Part shown: piece by piece, positions 16,334 through 24,654 of the stretch
Position numbering within the stretch: the first letter of the stretch is position 1
How the letters are laid out: every line of letters begins with the position of its first letter
Assembly: GCA_021789915.1 (NCBI GenBank)
Contig: JAJYIV010000002.1
Coordinates: forward strand, 613 to 64,612
DNA: 64,000 nt
Origin: a bacterium
Lineage (GTDB): Bacteria; Patescibacteriota; Patescibacteriia; UBA9934; GWF2-40-263
Direction of reading: 5' to 3'
Program-made: the position numbers and the translations under genes
Notes under the pieces: model-generated
Databases searched by the model: none
Told to the model about the DNA's origin: nothing
The model's input: only the letters and a program-made list of their open reading frames with translations

Positions 16334-18100
16334 TCAAGTGGCGTTCCCGATGTTGTGCCGGCAGTGATCCGGCAGCATCGGCTGCAGCTTCCTGCGGAAG
16401 GCGGACGGCACGCGCTGCCACAGCAGGCGCGCCGCTTCGGGCTCGGCGGCGAGTCCCCAGAAGAGATCCTTCCATCCGTCGAGGCCGACGCCCTTCACGA
16501 AATCGTCCGGCTGGTCGCGGGTAAGGAACGCGAGCAGCCACGCCAGGAAGCGGAAGTCCCCGCCCCACCGGACGCCGAATCCCGGACCGACGGCCTGTAC
16601 AAGTCGGTGCGGCGTCAGAGATCCGTCGAACGCGCCGGACGCGAACAGCGCGAGGATGCCGTCGCGCAGCGGTTGTTCGCCGGCTTCCCACGCGTGCATC
16701 CAGAACCCGAGATCGAGGCGCTTGTTGTCGGGCCGCAGAATTTCCGGACCGAGATGACGCACCGCCACGTTGAGGCACGCGTGCACATCCGACGGCGGCA
16801 GATCGCTCGCGATGACCGCCGCCCACGGATACTCGTCTCGCATGCGCCGCTTCACGTCCGACGGCCATCGTTCGGCCCCGCCGAGGTATTGGCGCAGCAG
16901 CTTGGGCGGCAGTCGCAGCAGCACGTTCGCGTCCGCCGTCGCGACGACCAGGTCGGCGATCGTGCGCGACGCGCCGACGCCGTGGACGAAGATCCAGGCC
17001 GACCACGTGCGCAGCACTTCCTCTTCGCCCACGTCGATGTCGTCGCTCGCGAGAAACCGCGCCTTCACGGCGTCCACGAACGCGAGGAACGACTCCCTGG
17101 CGAACGCGACGAACGCGTCTTCGTCGCGCGAATCGTCCAACGGAACCTTGTCAAAGATGCGCTCCGGTTCCATGCACACGGTCGACAGCCGCAGCCATCG
17201 GCGCAGCGCGTCGACGGCCGCCGGCAATCGGCGCGCCACGGCCTGCGGCTCGAAGAACGTCCGCTCGACCAGATCCTTGAGCGCCAGCGGCTCGACCTGG
17301 AAGTTCAAATCCATGAAGCGGTCGAGGGACGTGCCGAGCCCGCCCGACACCGGGAGGAACAACGCATCCGGAAGCGTGAGCGCCCGGACGAAGTAGCTGC
17401 GGACGAACAGGTCCAGCAAGCCGCCGTGCGGGCACGGCGCGTCGACAGCCGGACGCCGGAACAGCCGGCGGACGTACACGTTGATGATGTCGTCGCCGCT
17501 GAACCAGCCTCGGATCGGGAACTGCTCCGCCGCCCGGCGCAGCAGCCGTTCGTTCTCGTCGCACGAAGCGACAGCGGCCAGGTACGCGGCGCGATCGGAC
17601 GGCGCGGACGCGCCGCGCGCGAGCGAGGCCAGCGCCTGCTCGCGCCCGACGCTCAGAAGCCCGAAGGCCGAGCCGCTGAGTACGACGACGTTCCGCCGCG
17701 ACAGGGACGCGGCGCGCACGGCGAGCTCCGAAAGGAGCGCGGCGCCGACACCGTACATCTCGAACAGCGACGCGGCACGCAGCATCACGACCGCGGCGTC
17801 CGCGTCGCCCTCCGCCGCTTCTTCGAGGCCGAGCGACAGGCACGCGCCGACGCGTTCCATGGCGGCGCGCCGGCCGTCCGGCTGCAGGAGATCGAGCTTC
17901 CGCTCGGCCGCCGCCTGAACAAGGCAGGCCTGCACGGCGTCCGCATCCGCGTCGCGCGCGGCGAGCTCCGCGTCCTGCCGGGCCCGCGCGTACGCGGCGC
18001 GGAAGAACGCGGAGGCGGTGCCCGGCTCTCGGCATTCGGCGCTCGGCGCGCGGAACGACCGCGCGAGCGCGCCTCCCGCTTGAACAATCGCCGTGTTCAC
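16334..18100 (-). CDS. Hypothetical protein (588 aa)
   Basis: GTG start at 18100 forms a GTGA overlap with the upstream stop. Balanced W/F/Y/D-containing composition. No family recognised. Confidence 0.6.
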   Translation of the reverse strand: MNTAIVQAGGALARSFRAPSAECREPGTASAFFRAAYARARQDAELAARDADADAVQACLVQAAAERKLDLLQPDGRRAAMERVGACLSLGLEEAAEGDADAAVVMLRAASLFEMYGVGAALLSELAVRAASLSRRNVVVLSGSAFGLLSVGREQALASLARGASAPSDRAAYLAAVASCDENERLLRRAAEQFPIRGWFSGDDIINVYVRRLFRRPAVDAPCPHGGLLDLFVRSYFVRALTLPDALFLPVSGGLGTSLDRFMDLNFQVEPLALKDLVERTFFEPQAVARRLPAAVDALRRWLRLSTVCMEPERIFDKVPLDDSRDEDAFVAFARESFLAFVDAVKARFLASDDIDVGEEEVLRTWSAWIFVHGVGASRTIADLVVATADANVLLRLPPKLLRQYLGGAERWPSDVKRRMRDEYPWAAVIASDLPPSDVHACLNVAVRHLGPEILRPDNKRLDLGFWMHAWEAGEQPLRDGILALFASGAFDGSLTPHRLVQAVGPGFGVRWGGDFRFLAWLLAFLTRDQPDDFVKGVGLDGWKDLFWGLAAEPEAARLLWQRVPSAFRRKLQPMLPDHCRHNIGNAT

Positions 18101-18939
18101 GGCCGCTCCTTCTCCGCGACGACCGCCTGCGCACGCAGCCGCTCGATGAGCGACTTCGCACTGACGGCGCTCGTGCGCGTCTTCGCTTCCTCCTGCGTCC
18201 GGCGCAGCAGCGCGGCGGCGCCCTCGGTCACCTCGACCGTCGCCGGGTGCGCGTCGAGCCAGTCGAACCGCTCTTCGAGCACGTGCAACGCGAGCGTCTG
18301 CCGATCGCCGGTGTTCATCCAGTAGACCACGGCGGAAGCGGCATTGAACGCCGCGGCGGCGATCTGCGTCACCCGCTCTTCCGCGTCTTCCGCGTCCAGC
18401 AAGGCGAGCGCCCAGTACTCGGCAGGCATCGCCTCGAGCGCCGCGCGCTTCCACGCGGCGTCGTTGCCGCTGTCCAGGACGGCGACGAGACGCTCGTACG
18501 CCTCGCTCGCGCGCACCTGGCACGGAAAGTTGCGGACGCCCCACAGCGTCACGGACGTCCCGACTGGATTGAAGTGGAGCGGGACGAGCCGGTTCCCCAG
18601 CGTCTTCACGAGCCCGCGCGCCTTGAGCGCCGCGTACTCCGCCGCCGACAGCTCGAAGTACCCGCCGTCCGCCAGCTCGTCGCCAAACCGGCCGAAGACC
18701 GGATCGAACACGTGCGCATCGCGCCGCAACACCTCTGGCACCTGCCCGGTCGCAAGCGCGGCGATGACGGCGCTGCGCGCGCTGCGCGTCGGCAGCGTCA
18801 GGAGCGCGGCGGCGACCTGCACGGCCGGCAGCGACGCGACGGCCGCCAAGCCTTGCGGCGTGTCGAGCCGAACGATCGAAACCGGCACGCCCGCCGGACG
18901 CGCGAGAGCTTCCGTCTGGTTTTGAAGGGTCTCACCCAT
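18097..18939 (-). CDS. Hypothetical protein (280 aa)
   Basis: Start MGETLQNQ, with a GGAGGA RBS 6 nt upstream. No family recognised. Confidence 0.6.
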   Translation of the reverse strand: MGETLQNQTEALARPAGVPVSIVRLDTPQGLAAVASLPAVQVAAALLTLPTRSARSAVIAALATGQVPEVLRRDAHVFDPVFGRFGDELADGGYFELSAAEYAALKARGLVKTLGNRLVPLHFNPVGTSVTLWGVRNFPCQVRASEAYERLVAVLDSGNDAAWKRAALEAMPAEYWALALLDAEDAEERVTQIAAAAFNAASAVVYWMNTGDRQTLALHVLEERFDWLDAHPATVEVTEGAAALLRRTQEEAKTRTSAVSAKSLIERLRAQAVVAEKERP

Positions 18940-19007
18940 CTGTCTTCCTCCGAGGAAGCCTGGGCACCCGGGAATCGGATGCGCAGGCGGCCGAAGGAAG
19001 ACGGCGG

Positions 19008-19036
19008 ACCATAACAATAAAACCGCCGCGTGTCAA
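19008..19036 (-). promoter_or_regulatory. Sigma70-like promoter
   Basis: On the minus strand: TTGACA-17 nt-TATGGT, about 70 nt upstream of the 18939 start. Confidence 0.45.
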
Positions 19037-19051
19037 TCAAAAGCCGTCCGC

Positions 19052-19477
19052 TTACGACGCCAGCCCGAGCTTTGCCTCGACGACCTGCAAACGCCCCTCG
19101 AAGCGATCCATCCGCAAGGTCGGCGCGACCAGCTCCTGCTCGATCGTCAGCTGCAGCCGCGCCACCTGGTCGCTCACGGCAAGGACTTCCTGACGAACGT
19201 CTTGAAGATCCTCCTTTGTCGCGAAACGGTCGAAATCGTCTTTCGTGGCAAAGTTCTGCAGATCGTCTTTCGTGGCAAAGTTCTGCAGATCGTCTTTCGT
19301 GGCAAAGTTCTGCAGATCGTCTTTCGTGGCAAAACGGTCGAAATCGGCCTTCATTGCCACATTCTCCTTTACGAAACCGATGAATTCGTGCATTTCCGAC
19401 GTTAAACCTTCGACCTTCCGTTCAAGGCCATCGAACTTCTGCGCCAGCTGATTTGTCGTCAGGTGTTCCTCACTCAT
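19052..19477 (-). CDS. Coiled-coil protein with tandem FATKDDLQN repeats (DUF1640-like pattern)
   Basis: 141 aa. Five 9-aa repeats flanked by heptad-like helices. Confidence 0.7.
   Translation of the reverse strand: MSEEHLTTNQLAQKFDGLERKVEGLTSEMHEFIGFVKENVAMKADFDRFATKDDLQNFATKDDLQNFATKDDLQNFATKDDFDRFATKEDLQDVRQEVLAVSDQVARLQLTIEQELVAPTLRMDRFEGRLQVVEAKLGLAS
19208..19345. repeat. 27-bp tandem repeat (3 perfect and 2 degenerate units) inside a CDS
   Basis: ATCGTCTTTCGTGGCAAAGTTCTGCAG x3 at 19235-19315, with diverged flanking units. Confidence 0.9.
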
Positions 19478-19489
19478 ATATCGCTTCGA

Positions 19490-19518
19490 AGTATACGTCC
19501 TGAATTAAATCGCTTCAA
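19490..19518 (-). promoter_or_regulatory. Sigma70-like promoter giving a near-leaderless mRNA
   Basis: On the minus strand: TTGAAG-17 nt-TATACT. The -10 ends 12 nt before the ATG at 19477. Confidence 0.5.
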
Positions 19519-19521
19519 ACG

Positions 19522-19559
19522 AAAAGATCCCGCGTCTGTTTCAGACAGGGGATCTTTTG
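19522..19559 (-). terminator. Terminator after the methyltransferase gene
   Basis: AAAAGATCCCGCGTCTG..CAGACAGGGGATCTTTT. Confidence 0.65.
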
Positions 19560-19595
19560 TCTCTGTGTGCATTTAAGCGGAAAAAACGGGTTTCG

Positions 19596-20252
19596 TCAAT
19601 CGTCGTGTGTGGATATCTTCCGCTCCTTCAACAAGATAAGCGCCCGTCCAGACAACGGATTCTTAAGAATGCCTTCGATCTTCCACGCCGCCTCCTTGAA
19701 ATGAATGCCTTCCCCTTCCAATTGCTTCTTCCATCGAGTGAGCGGCACCGCATGCAGTCCGCCGTCTAAAGCGGCGGCAGGCGCATCGATTTCTTCCAGG
19801 TCCATCACGTGAATGGCGATGCCGCCTTCCCGTAACGCATTCCATGAATTCATCAGGACGTCCCACTGCTTTTCCGTCTCGATGAACTTCAAGAAGACGT
19901 GCGCGTACGTGATGTCGTACGGCCCGCCGGGGAAAGGTTTTGTCGCGTCATGTCGAATGACGCCAGGCGCCCCAGCAAGATGCTCGATAGCAATGTCCGA
20001 GGTCGTGAGATCGACGTCTCGACCCAACAATGACGAAAAGATGCGACGATGGTGATCGATGAAGCGCCTGTCCCCGCATCCGACGACGAAGATGCGAACG
20101 TGTTCATGCGCAGGATGACAAGGAACAACCGAAAAGATAGTTTTCAATTCCCGTTCCTTGATGTCTGCTCGGCGTTGAATTTCCGCATCGGACAGCGCCG
20201 CATACTTTTTGTGATAGTCGGAGAGGGCCATATGAATTTTTCTATTGCGCAT
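19596..20252 (-). CDS. Class I SAM-dependent methyltransferase
   Basis: VVGCGDRR motif I. Visibly more AT-rich than the neighbouring genes. Alternative start at 20231. Confidence 0.6.
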   Translation of the reverse strand: MRNRKIHMALSDYHKKYAALSDAEIQRRADIKERELKTIFSVVPCHPAHEHVRIFVVGCGDRRFIDHHRRIFSSLLGRDVDLTTSDIAIEHLAGAPGVIRHDATKPFPGGPYDITYAHVFLKFIETEKQWDVLMNSWNALREGGIAIHVMDLEEIDAPAAALDGGLHAVPLTRWKKQLEGEGIHFKEAAWKIEGILKNPLSGRALILLKERKISTHDD

Positions 20253-20253
20253 T

Positions 20254-21864
20254 CTATTTCGCGACCGCCTTCAGGAACGCCCTGAACAGCGGATGCGGCT
20301 TCAGGGGCGAAGACTGGAACTCGGGATGGAATTGCACGCCGACGAAAAACGGATGATCCTTCAGCTCGATGATCTCCACGAGCTGACCGTCCGGAGACGT
20401 GCCGGCGACCACCAGCCCCGCCTTCGTCAGCGTCTCGCGGTACGCGTTGTTGAACTCGTAGCGGTGGCGGTGGCGTTCGCGGATCGCCGCCGTCCCGTAG
20501 GCGTGGCGGCTCACCGTCCCGGGCTTCAGCGCGCAGTCCCAGCTGCCCAGGCGCATCGTCGCGCCGTATTCGCGGTTCAACAGCTTTTTTTCCTGATCAG
20601 GCATGATGTGGACGACGGCGTGCGGCGCCTGCGGATCGATTTCCGTCGTATGCGCGCCCTTCAGTTCGCACGCGTCGCGGGCGAATTCGACGGCGGCCAG
20701 CTGCATGCCGTAGCAGAGGCCGAAGTACGGAACTTTTTTCTCCCGCGCGTAACGGATCGCCGCGATCACGCCTTCGATGCCGCGCGAACCGAAGCCGCCC
20801 GGCACCAGGACGCCGTCATAGCCCGCAAGGATTTTCTCCGCTCCGTGCTTTTCGATGTCCGCCGCGTCGATCCACGTGATCGCCGGCTTGCGGCTGATGG
20901 CCCACGCGGCGTGCTTCACCGCTTCGATGACGGAGATGTACACGTCGGAAAGCATGAAATCGCCGACGGCGAAATACTTGCCGACGATGGCGATCTTCAC
21001 GTCCCTCTTTGCGCGCCGGATCGCGTCGACGACGTCGCGCCACGGCTTCAAATCGGCGCGCTTCGGCTTGAGGCCGAGCCGCGCGAGCAGCCGCTGCGCG
21101 AAGCGCTGGTCTTCCAGGATGAGCGGCACCTCGTAGATCGATCCGCAATCCGGGTTGCTGATGACGTCCTCCTTGGCGACGTTGCAGAACAGCGCGATGC
21201 GCTCCTTGCGGCGGCCGTCCATCGCCTGCGACGAGCGGCCGACGACGAAATCCGGCTCGATGCCCATGCCGTTCAGCATGCGGACGCTCTGCTGCACCGG
21301 CTTCGTCTTCATCTCGCCCAGCGCGCCGGGAATCGGCAGGTACGCGACATGCACGTGCGCGACGTTCTTCGGCTCGCGGCGGCCGAGCAGGCGCGCCGCC
21401 TCGAAGAAGATGCCGTTCTGGTACTCGCCGACGGTGCCGCCCAGCTCGACGACGCAGATGTCGGCGCCCTGCCCGCCCAGCTTGAAGCGGCGGATGATCT
21501 CGTCGGTGACGTGCGGAATCGCCTCGACATCTTCGCCTTCGTAGGCAAACGCGCGCTCGCGGCGCAGCACTTCCGCGTACACCTGGCCCGTCGTCGCGTA
21601 CTGCGCGCGATGCAGCGGCCGGCCGATGAAGCGCTCGTAGTTGCCCAGGTCCTGGTCGGTTTCCAACCCGTCTTCCGTGACGAACACTTCCCCGTGTTCC
21701 GAAGGGCGTATGGTGCCGGCGTCCTGGTTCAGGTACATGTCCACCTTCATCGGCGCGACGCGGTAGCCGCGCGCTTCCAAGAGCGCCGACAACGACGCGG
21801 CGGTGATGCCTTTGCCGAGGCCGGAGATGACGCCGCCGGAGACGAACACGTACTTGGTGGGCAT
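20254..21864 (-). CDS. pyrG: CTP synthase
   Basis: MPTKYVFVSGGVISGLGKGI.., with a GATase domain containing GLCYGMQ. Confidence 0.97.
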   Translation of the reverse strand: MPTKYVFVSGGVISGLGKGITAASLSALLEARGYRVAPMKVDMYLNQDAGTIRPSEHGEVFVTEDGLETDQDLGNYERFIGRPLHRAQYATTGQVYAEVLRRERAFAYEGEDVEAIPHVTDEIIRRFKLGGQGADICVVELGGTVGEYQNGIFFEAARLLGRREPKNVAHVHVAYLPIPGALGEMKTKPVQQSVRMLNGMGIEPDFVVGRSSQAMDGRRKERIALFCNVAKEDVISNPDCGSIYEVPLILEDQRFAQRLLARLGLKPKRADLKPWRDVVDAIRRAKRDVKIAIVGKYFAVGDFMLSDVYISVIEAVKHAAWAISRKPAITWIDAADIEKHGAEKILAGYDGVLVPGGFGSRGIEGVIAAIRYAREKKVPYFGLCYGMQLAAVEFARDACELKGAHTTEIDPQAPHAVVHIMPDQEKKLLNREYGATMRLGSWDCALKPGTVSRHAYGTAAIRERHRHRYEFNNAYRETLTKAGLVVAGTSPDGQLVEIIELKDHPFFVGVQFHPEFQSSPLKPHPLFRAFLKAVAK

Positions 21865-21872
21865 AGGGGGAA

Positions 21873-21914
21873 GCGGTTAGCCATTAGCTGTTAGCCGTTA
21901 GCTTCTAACTGTTG
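21873..21914. repeat. Heptamer array (TTAGCYN units)
   Basis: GCGGTTAGCCATTAGCTGTTAGCCGTTAGCTTCTAACTGTTG, directly upstream of the pyrG start. Confidence 0.9.
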
Positions 21915-21950
21915 ACGAGAAACGGAAACACCTGCGGCGAGCGCAGGTGG
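21915..21950 (-). terminator. Terminator-like hairpin after rplI
   Basis: CACCTGCG-GCGA-GCGCAGGTG, followed on the minus strand by a T-rich tract. Confidence 0.5.
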
Positions 21951-22397
21951 TCAAGGAGACGGTTCGACAATGAGGGTGAATGAGGCTTCCGCCGTCGGGG
22001 CGAGGCGTGCGACGATCTTCGAGGTACCGGCGTTCTTCACGGGCTTGAACCCGGCGAGCGCGTGCTCGGGAACGGCGAACCCGGCTTTCGCGAGCGCCTC
22101 CGCGACCGTGCGCGGCGTGACGGCAGCGTAGAGATGTCCGGTTTCGGTGGCGGATTCCTTGAGGACGAGGCGGAACCCGTTCAGCCGCCGCGCCGTCTGC
22201 TGCACGGTCCCCGTCGCCTGCTTTGCCCGGCGGGCTTCGGCGTCCTTCTTTTCCTTGAGTCGGCGCCGCGCGTCCGCCGATGCCGGCACGGCCGCGCCCG
22301 AGGGGAGCAGCTGGTTGCGCGCCTGGCCGTCGGAGACCGTCACCATGTCCCCGGCCCGACCCAATCCTTTGACGGCCTTCACGAGAATGACATCCAT
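21951..22397 (-). CDS. rplI: 50S ribosomal protein L9
   Basis: MDVILVKAVKGLGRAGDMVTVSDGQARN.. is an L9 N-terminal domain. Confidence 0.9.
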   Translation of the reverse strand: MDVILVKAVKGLGRAGDMVTVSDGQARNQLLPSGAAVPASADARRRLKEKKDAEARRAKQATGTVQQTARRLNGFRLVLKESATETGHLYAAVTPRTVAEALAKAGFAVPEHALAGFKPVKNAGTSKIVARLAPTAEASFTLIVEPSP

Positions 22398-22484
22398 AGC
22401 ACGGCGGCAGTATACGCCCGCGCGGCGTCAGCGGGAAATCGCGGGCGGTGGATAACGCGGACGGGGACAGTTCTATTTCCGTTT

Positions 22485-22652
22485 GACATCTGCGTGTTCG
22501 CCGGTCTTCCCGCCTTCTGTACATCCGAGAAGGACGGCATGGTCGTCACCCTCCCCTACCCGTTAGCGAACGGTCGGGAGAATTCTGTCAGCTTCCGACT
22601 CCGCGGGAAGACAACGGTCCTCGCCGCGCCGCACATCGTCTACGTCCACTGA
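22485..22652 (+). pseudogene. 3' fragment of a paralog of the 24824..25207 gene
   Basis: DICVFAGLPAFCTSEKDG..APHIVYVH aligns with KACVFGGLPAICETSKRG..APHIIYVP. No N-terminal part or start is present. Confidence 0.45.
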
Positions 22653-22706
22653 CGCACGCGCGTCCGCGCGGTTCGTGAGCCCGACGCTCACGGCCGCCGC
22701 GGGCGC
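22626..22706 (+). repeat. 81-bp direct repeat, copy A
   Basis: 78/81 identical to 25181-25261. Covers the last 8 codons, the stop and hairpins. Confidence 0.9.
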
Positions 22707-22749
22707 GATCTTTTTTGTAAACCAAACCCCGCCAGGTTTCTTTTTTGCC

Positions 22750-23205
22750 TCATGTCACTTCGTCGCGAACCGCCGCCAGCAAATCTTCCAACCGCGCGAA
22801 CAGCGGCAACCGGAACCGGTCGCAAACCATCTCGACGTTTCCCTTGCGCCAGAATCCGTCCGGGCAGCACACCAGGACGTGCTTGTCCTTCACCAAGCCG
22901 AGCTCGAGCAGGCTGATCGGACTCTTGGTCGCCGGATCGAAATAAAACGCGACGACGTCCGCCCGGTCGAGTCCGTCCATCTCCCACGTGACCTGCCGGT
23001 TGAACTCGGGGTTCGCCATGGATTGCTTCCAGGAGGCGTCCCATGCGGCACGCCGCGGATTCAGCACGGTCGCGTCGGTGTCCGCGAGCGCGGCGACCGC
23101 TTTCGCCTGCCAGGGTTCGGCGGCCCCCATCTCGATGCTGCCGGCGAGGAAGACGACGGGGGACGCGGCGTCGGCGAAGGAATCGGGCGGCTGGATGTGG
23201 CGCAT
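22750..23205 (-). CDS. Nucleoside 2-deoxyribosyltransferase-like protein
   Basis: 151 aa. VFLAGSIEMG..NPRR..VTWE..ADVV..SPISLLELGL..GFWRKGNV pattern, recalled from the Nuc_deoxyri_tr2-type family. Confidence 0.6.
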   Translation of the reverse strand: MRHIQPPDSFADAASPVVFLAGSIEMGAAEPWQAKAVAALADTDATVLNPRRAAWDASWKQSMANPEFNRQVTWEMDGLDRADVVAFYFDPATKSPISLLELGLVKDKHVLVCCPDGFWRKGNVEMVCDRFRLPLFARLEDLLAAVRDEVT

Positions 23206-23343
23206 AGGAAGGAGACGGCCGTCTTTGTACCACGGCGCCCCGATCGGCGCGAGCCGCGGATGGCAGGCGGCGATTGACAAGGTGCGAAAAAAGACCGAAG
23301 GTACCCGCGGTTCATCGCGGCCGCAAGCCGCACGGAGGGAACC

Positions 23344-24144
23344 ATGATTTCCGAGACGAAGATCGAGATCGTCACGCACGTAACGATAGAGGAACAGCCC
23401 GGCCGGAACGTCTGCGCGAACGACTATCGCAGCATTCTGCCACGACCCAACGACGACGGCATCCTGCTCGACCGGGAGACGGTCGAGCGCTTGTTCGCCG
23501 CGACGGATCTCGATGCGTTCCTCTCGTCCCTGCCGGGAATCTCGACGGATACGTGGCACCGTCACGCCGTCCTCGCGAACGTCATCAAGTTCTCGGAACC
23601 GACGGACGGAAACGCGTTCGGCATCGTCCTCGCCTGGACGACGAAGCGCCACCCCGCCTTCGGCGGCGATCCGACGAGCATGATGGATTACGCCATCGGC
23701 GTGCTCCCCGTGCCGACCGAAACGGCGGCGGTGGCCGCGAAGCTCTTCGCGCGCCGCTCGCTCCTGGCGGACTTGAAACTCGACGACCGCGGCCAGCGCG
23801 AACGGCAGGAGGAAATCCTGAAGGCCATCGGATGGGACGACGGAGCCGAGACCGCGCAGGCGCTGCGCGCGCTGCGCGAGGAGATGATGAGACGCTTGGA
23901 CGAGCTCACAAAAGCGCTCGAGGCGCGCGAGCGGGCGCGGGTGCAGGCCGTCCTCGGCTTGGCCGGCGTGTCGAGCGCTCAGCTCGACGCGCGCGTCGCG
24001 GACGTCGATGGTCAGCTCGACGCGGCGTTCAATGCGATGGCGACGGATCCGAAGCGGCTCGAACCTACGGCGCTCGCGAAGTGCGAGCTCGACATCTACG
24101 GCGCCGTTCCGCCCATCCTGCACGCAAGACTCACGGCCCAATAG
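23344..24144 (+). CDS. Hypothetical protein (266 aa)
   Basis: GGAGGGA RBS 5 nt upstream of the ATG. Balanced composition with a coiled-coil C-terminal half. Confidence 0.65.
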   Translation: MISETKIEIVTHVTIEEQPGRNVCANDYRSILPRPNDDGILLDRETVERLFAATDLDAFLSSLPGISTDTWHRHAVLANVIKFSEPTDGNAFGIVLAWTTKRHPAFGGDPTSMMDYAIGVLPVPTETAAVAAKLFARRSLLADLKLDDRGQRERQEEILKAIGWDDGAETAQALRALREEMMRRLDELTKALEARERARVQAVLGLAGVSSAQLDARVADVDGQLDAAFNAMATDPKRLEPTALAKCELDIYGAVPPILHARLTAQ

Positions 24145-24153
24145 CCGTTCTCG

Positions 24154-24180
24154 ACGCCTCTCCGCGAGGCGTTTTTCTTT
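24154..24180 (+). terminator. Rho-independent terminator
   Basis: ACGCCTC-TCCGC-GAGGCGT followed by TTTTCTTTT. Confidence 0.7.
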
Positions 24181-24252
24181 TCGGGTTCGAAAAAGCTCCA
24201 ACGGGATCGCCACCGCGGCGGGTATCGCTTTCTTTGGAGCTAAAGAAAGATT

Positions 24253-24411
24253 GAGACCTCTGAAAAACTGATGGATTTTCGTTGTCAGCCAAAGGCTGAT
24301 CAGCCTCTGGCTGAAATGGGCTGCCGAGCCCCGCGAACCCTACTGAAACGTAGGGAGAGCGGGGTCGGCGGGCGCCCATGAAACGAAAAGACGCCGTTTT
24401 GCAGAGGTCTC
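24253..24411. ncRNA. Candidate structured RNA or MITE-like nested-hairpin element, copy Y
   Basis: Perfect closing stem GAGACCTCTG/CAGAGGTCTC. Same hairpin order as copy X, with an extra ~45-nt insertion. Confidence 0.35.
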
Positions 24412-24420
24412 GATTCTTTG

Positions 24421-24452
24421 CAAACCAAACCCCGCCTGGCCTGCAGGCGGGG
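24421..24452 (-). terminator. Terminator of the tRNA-like RNA
   Basis: On the minus strand: CCCCGCCTGCAGGCCAGGCGGGG followed by TTTGGTTTG. Confidence 0.65.
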
Positions 24453-24469
24453 CGGTTGGTCCCGGGTCG

Positions 24470-24545
24470 TGGTGGACCTGATGGGAGTCGAACCCACATC
24501 TTATGGTGCTAACTCAGGCGAGGTTACCGTTTCCTCCACAGGCCC
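24470..24545 (-). ncRNA. tRNA-like RNA (tRNA-Ala-like, degenerate anticodon stem)
   Basis: GGGCCTG-TG-GAGG-AAACGGTAA-CCTC..GTGGG-TTCGACT-CCCAT-CAGGTCC-ACCA. G3:U70 is present. The anticodon arm CCTGA/GTTAGCA/CCATA does not pair. Confidence 0.5.
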
Positions 24546-24654
24546 CTATCCCTTCCCCGGGTCATTGGATAACGAAAAATCCCTCAGGCCCTTTCGGACC
24601 ATGGGGGATTCTTCTAGCACCAGGAGCAAGCCGTATGCTCACCTGAGTGACTCA

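Noticed and set aside
16271-18325. 684-aa plus-strand ORF
   Set aside because: It is extremely Arg-rich, low-complexity sequence antisense to the RBS- and coupling-supported minus-strand genes 16334..18100 and 18097..18939.
19208-19345. CRISPR array
   Set aside because: The 27-bp units are directly tandem with no spacers and lie in-frame inside a protein gene. The heptamer arrays are likewise spacerless. No cas genes are present.
22750-24213. Full 487-aa minus-strand ORF
   Set aside because: Only the last 151 codons (from MRHIQPPDSF) look like a real protein. The upstream part is Arg-rich and antisense to the RBS-supported plus-strand gene 23344..24144.
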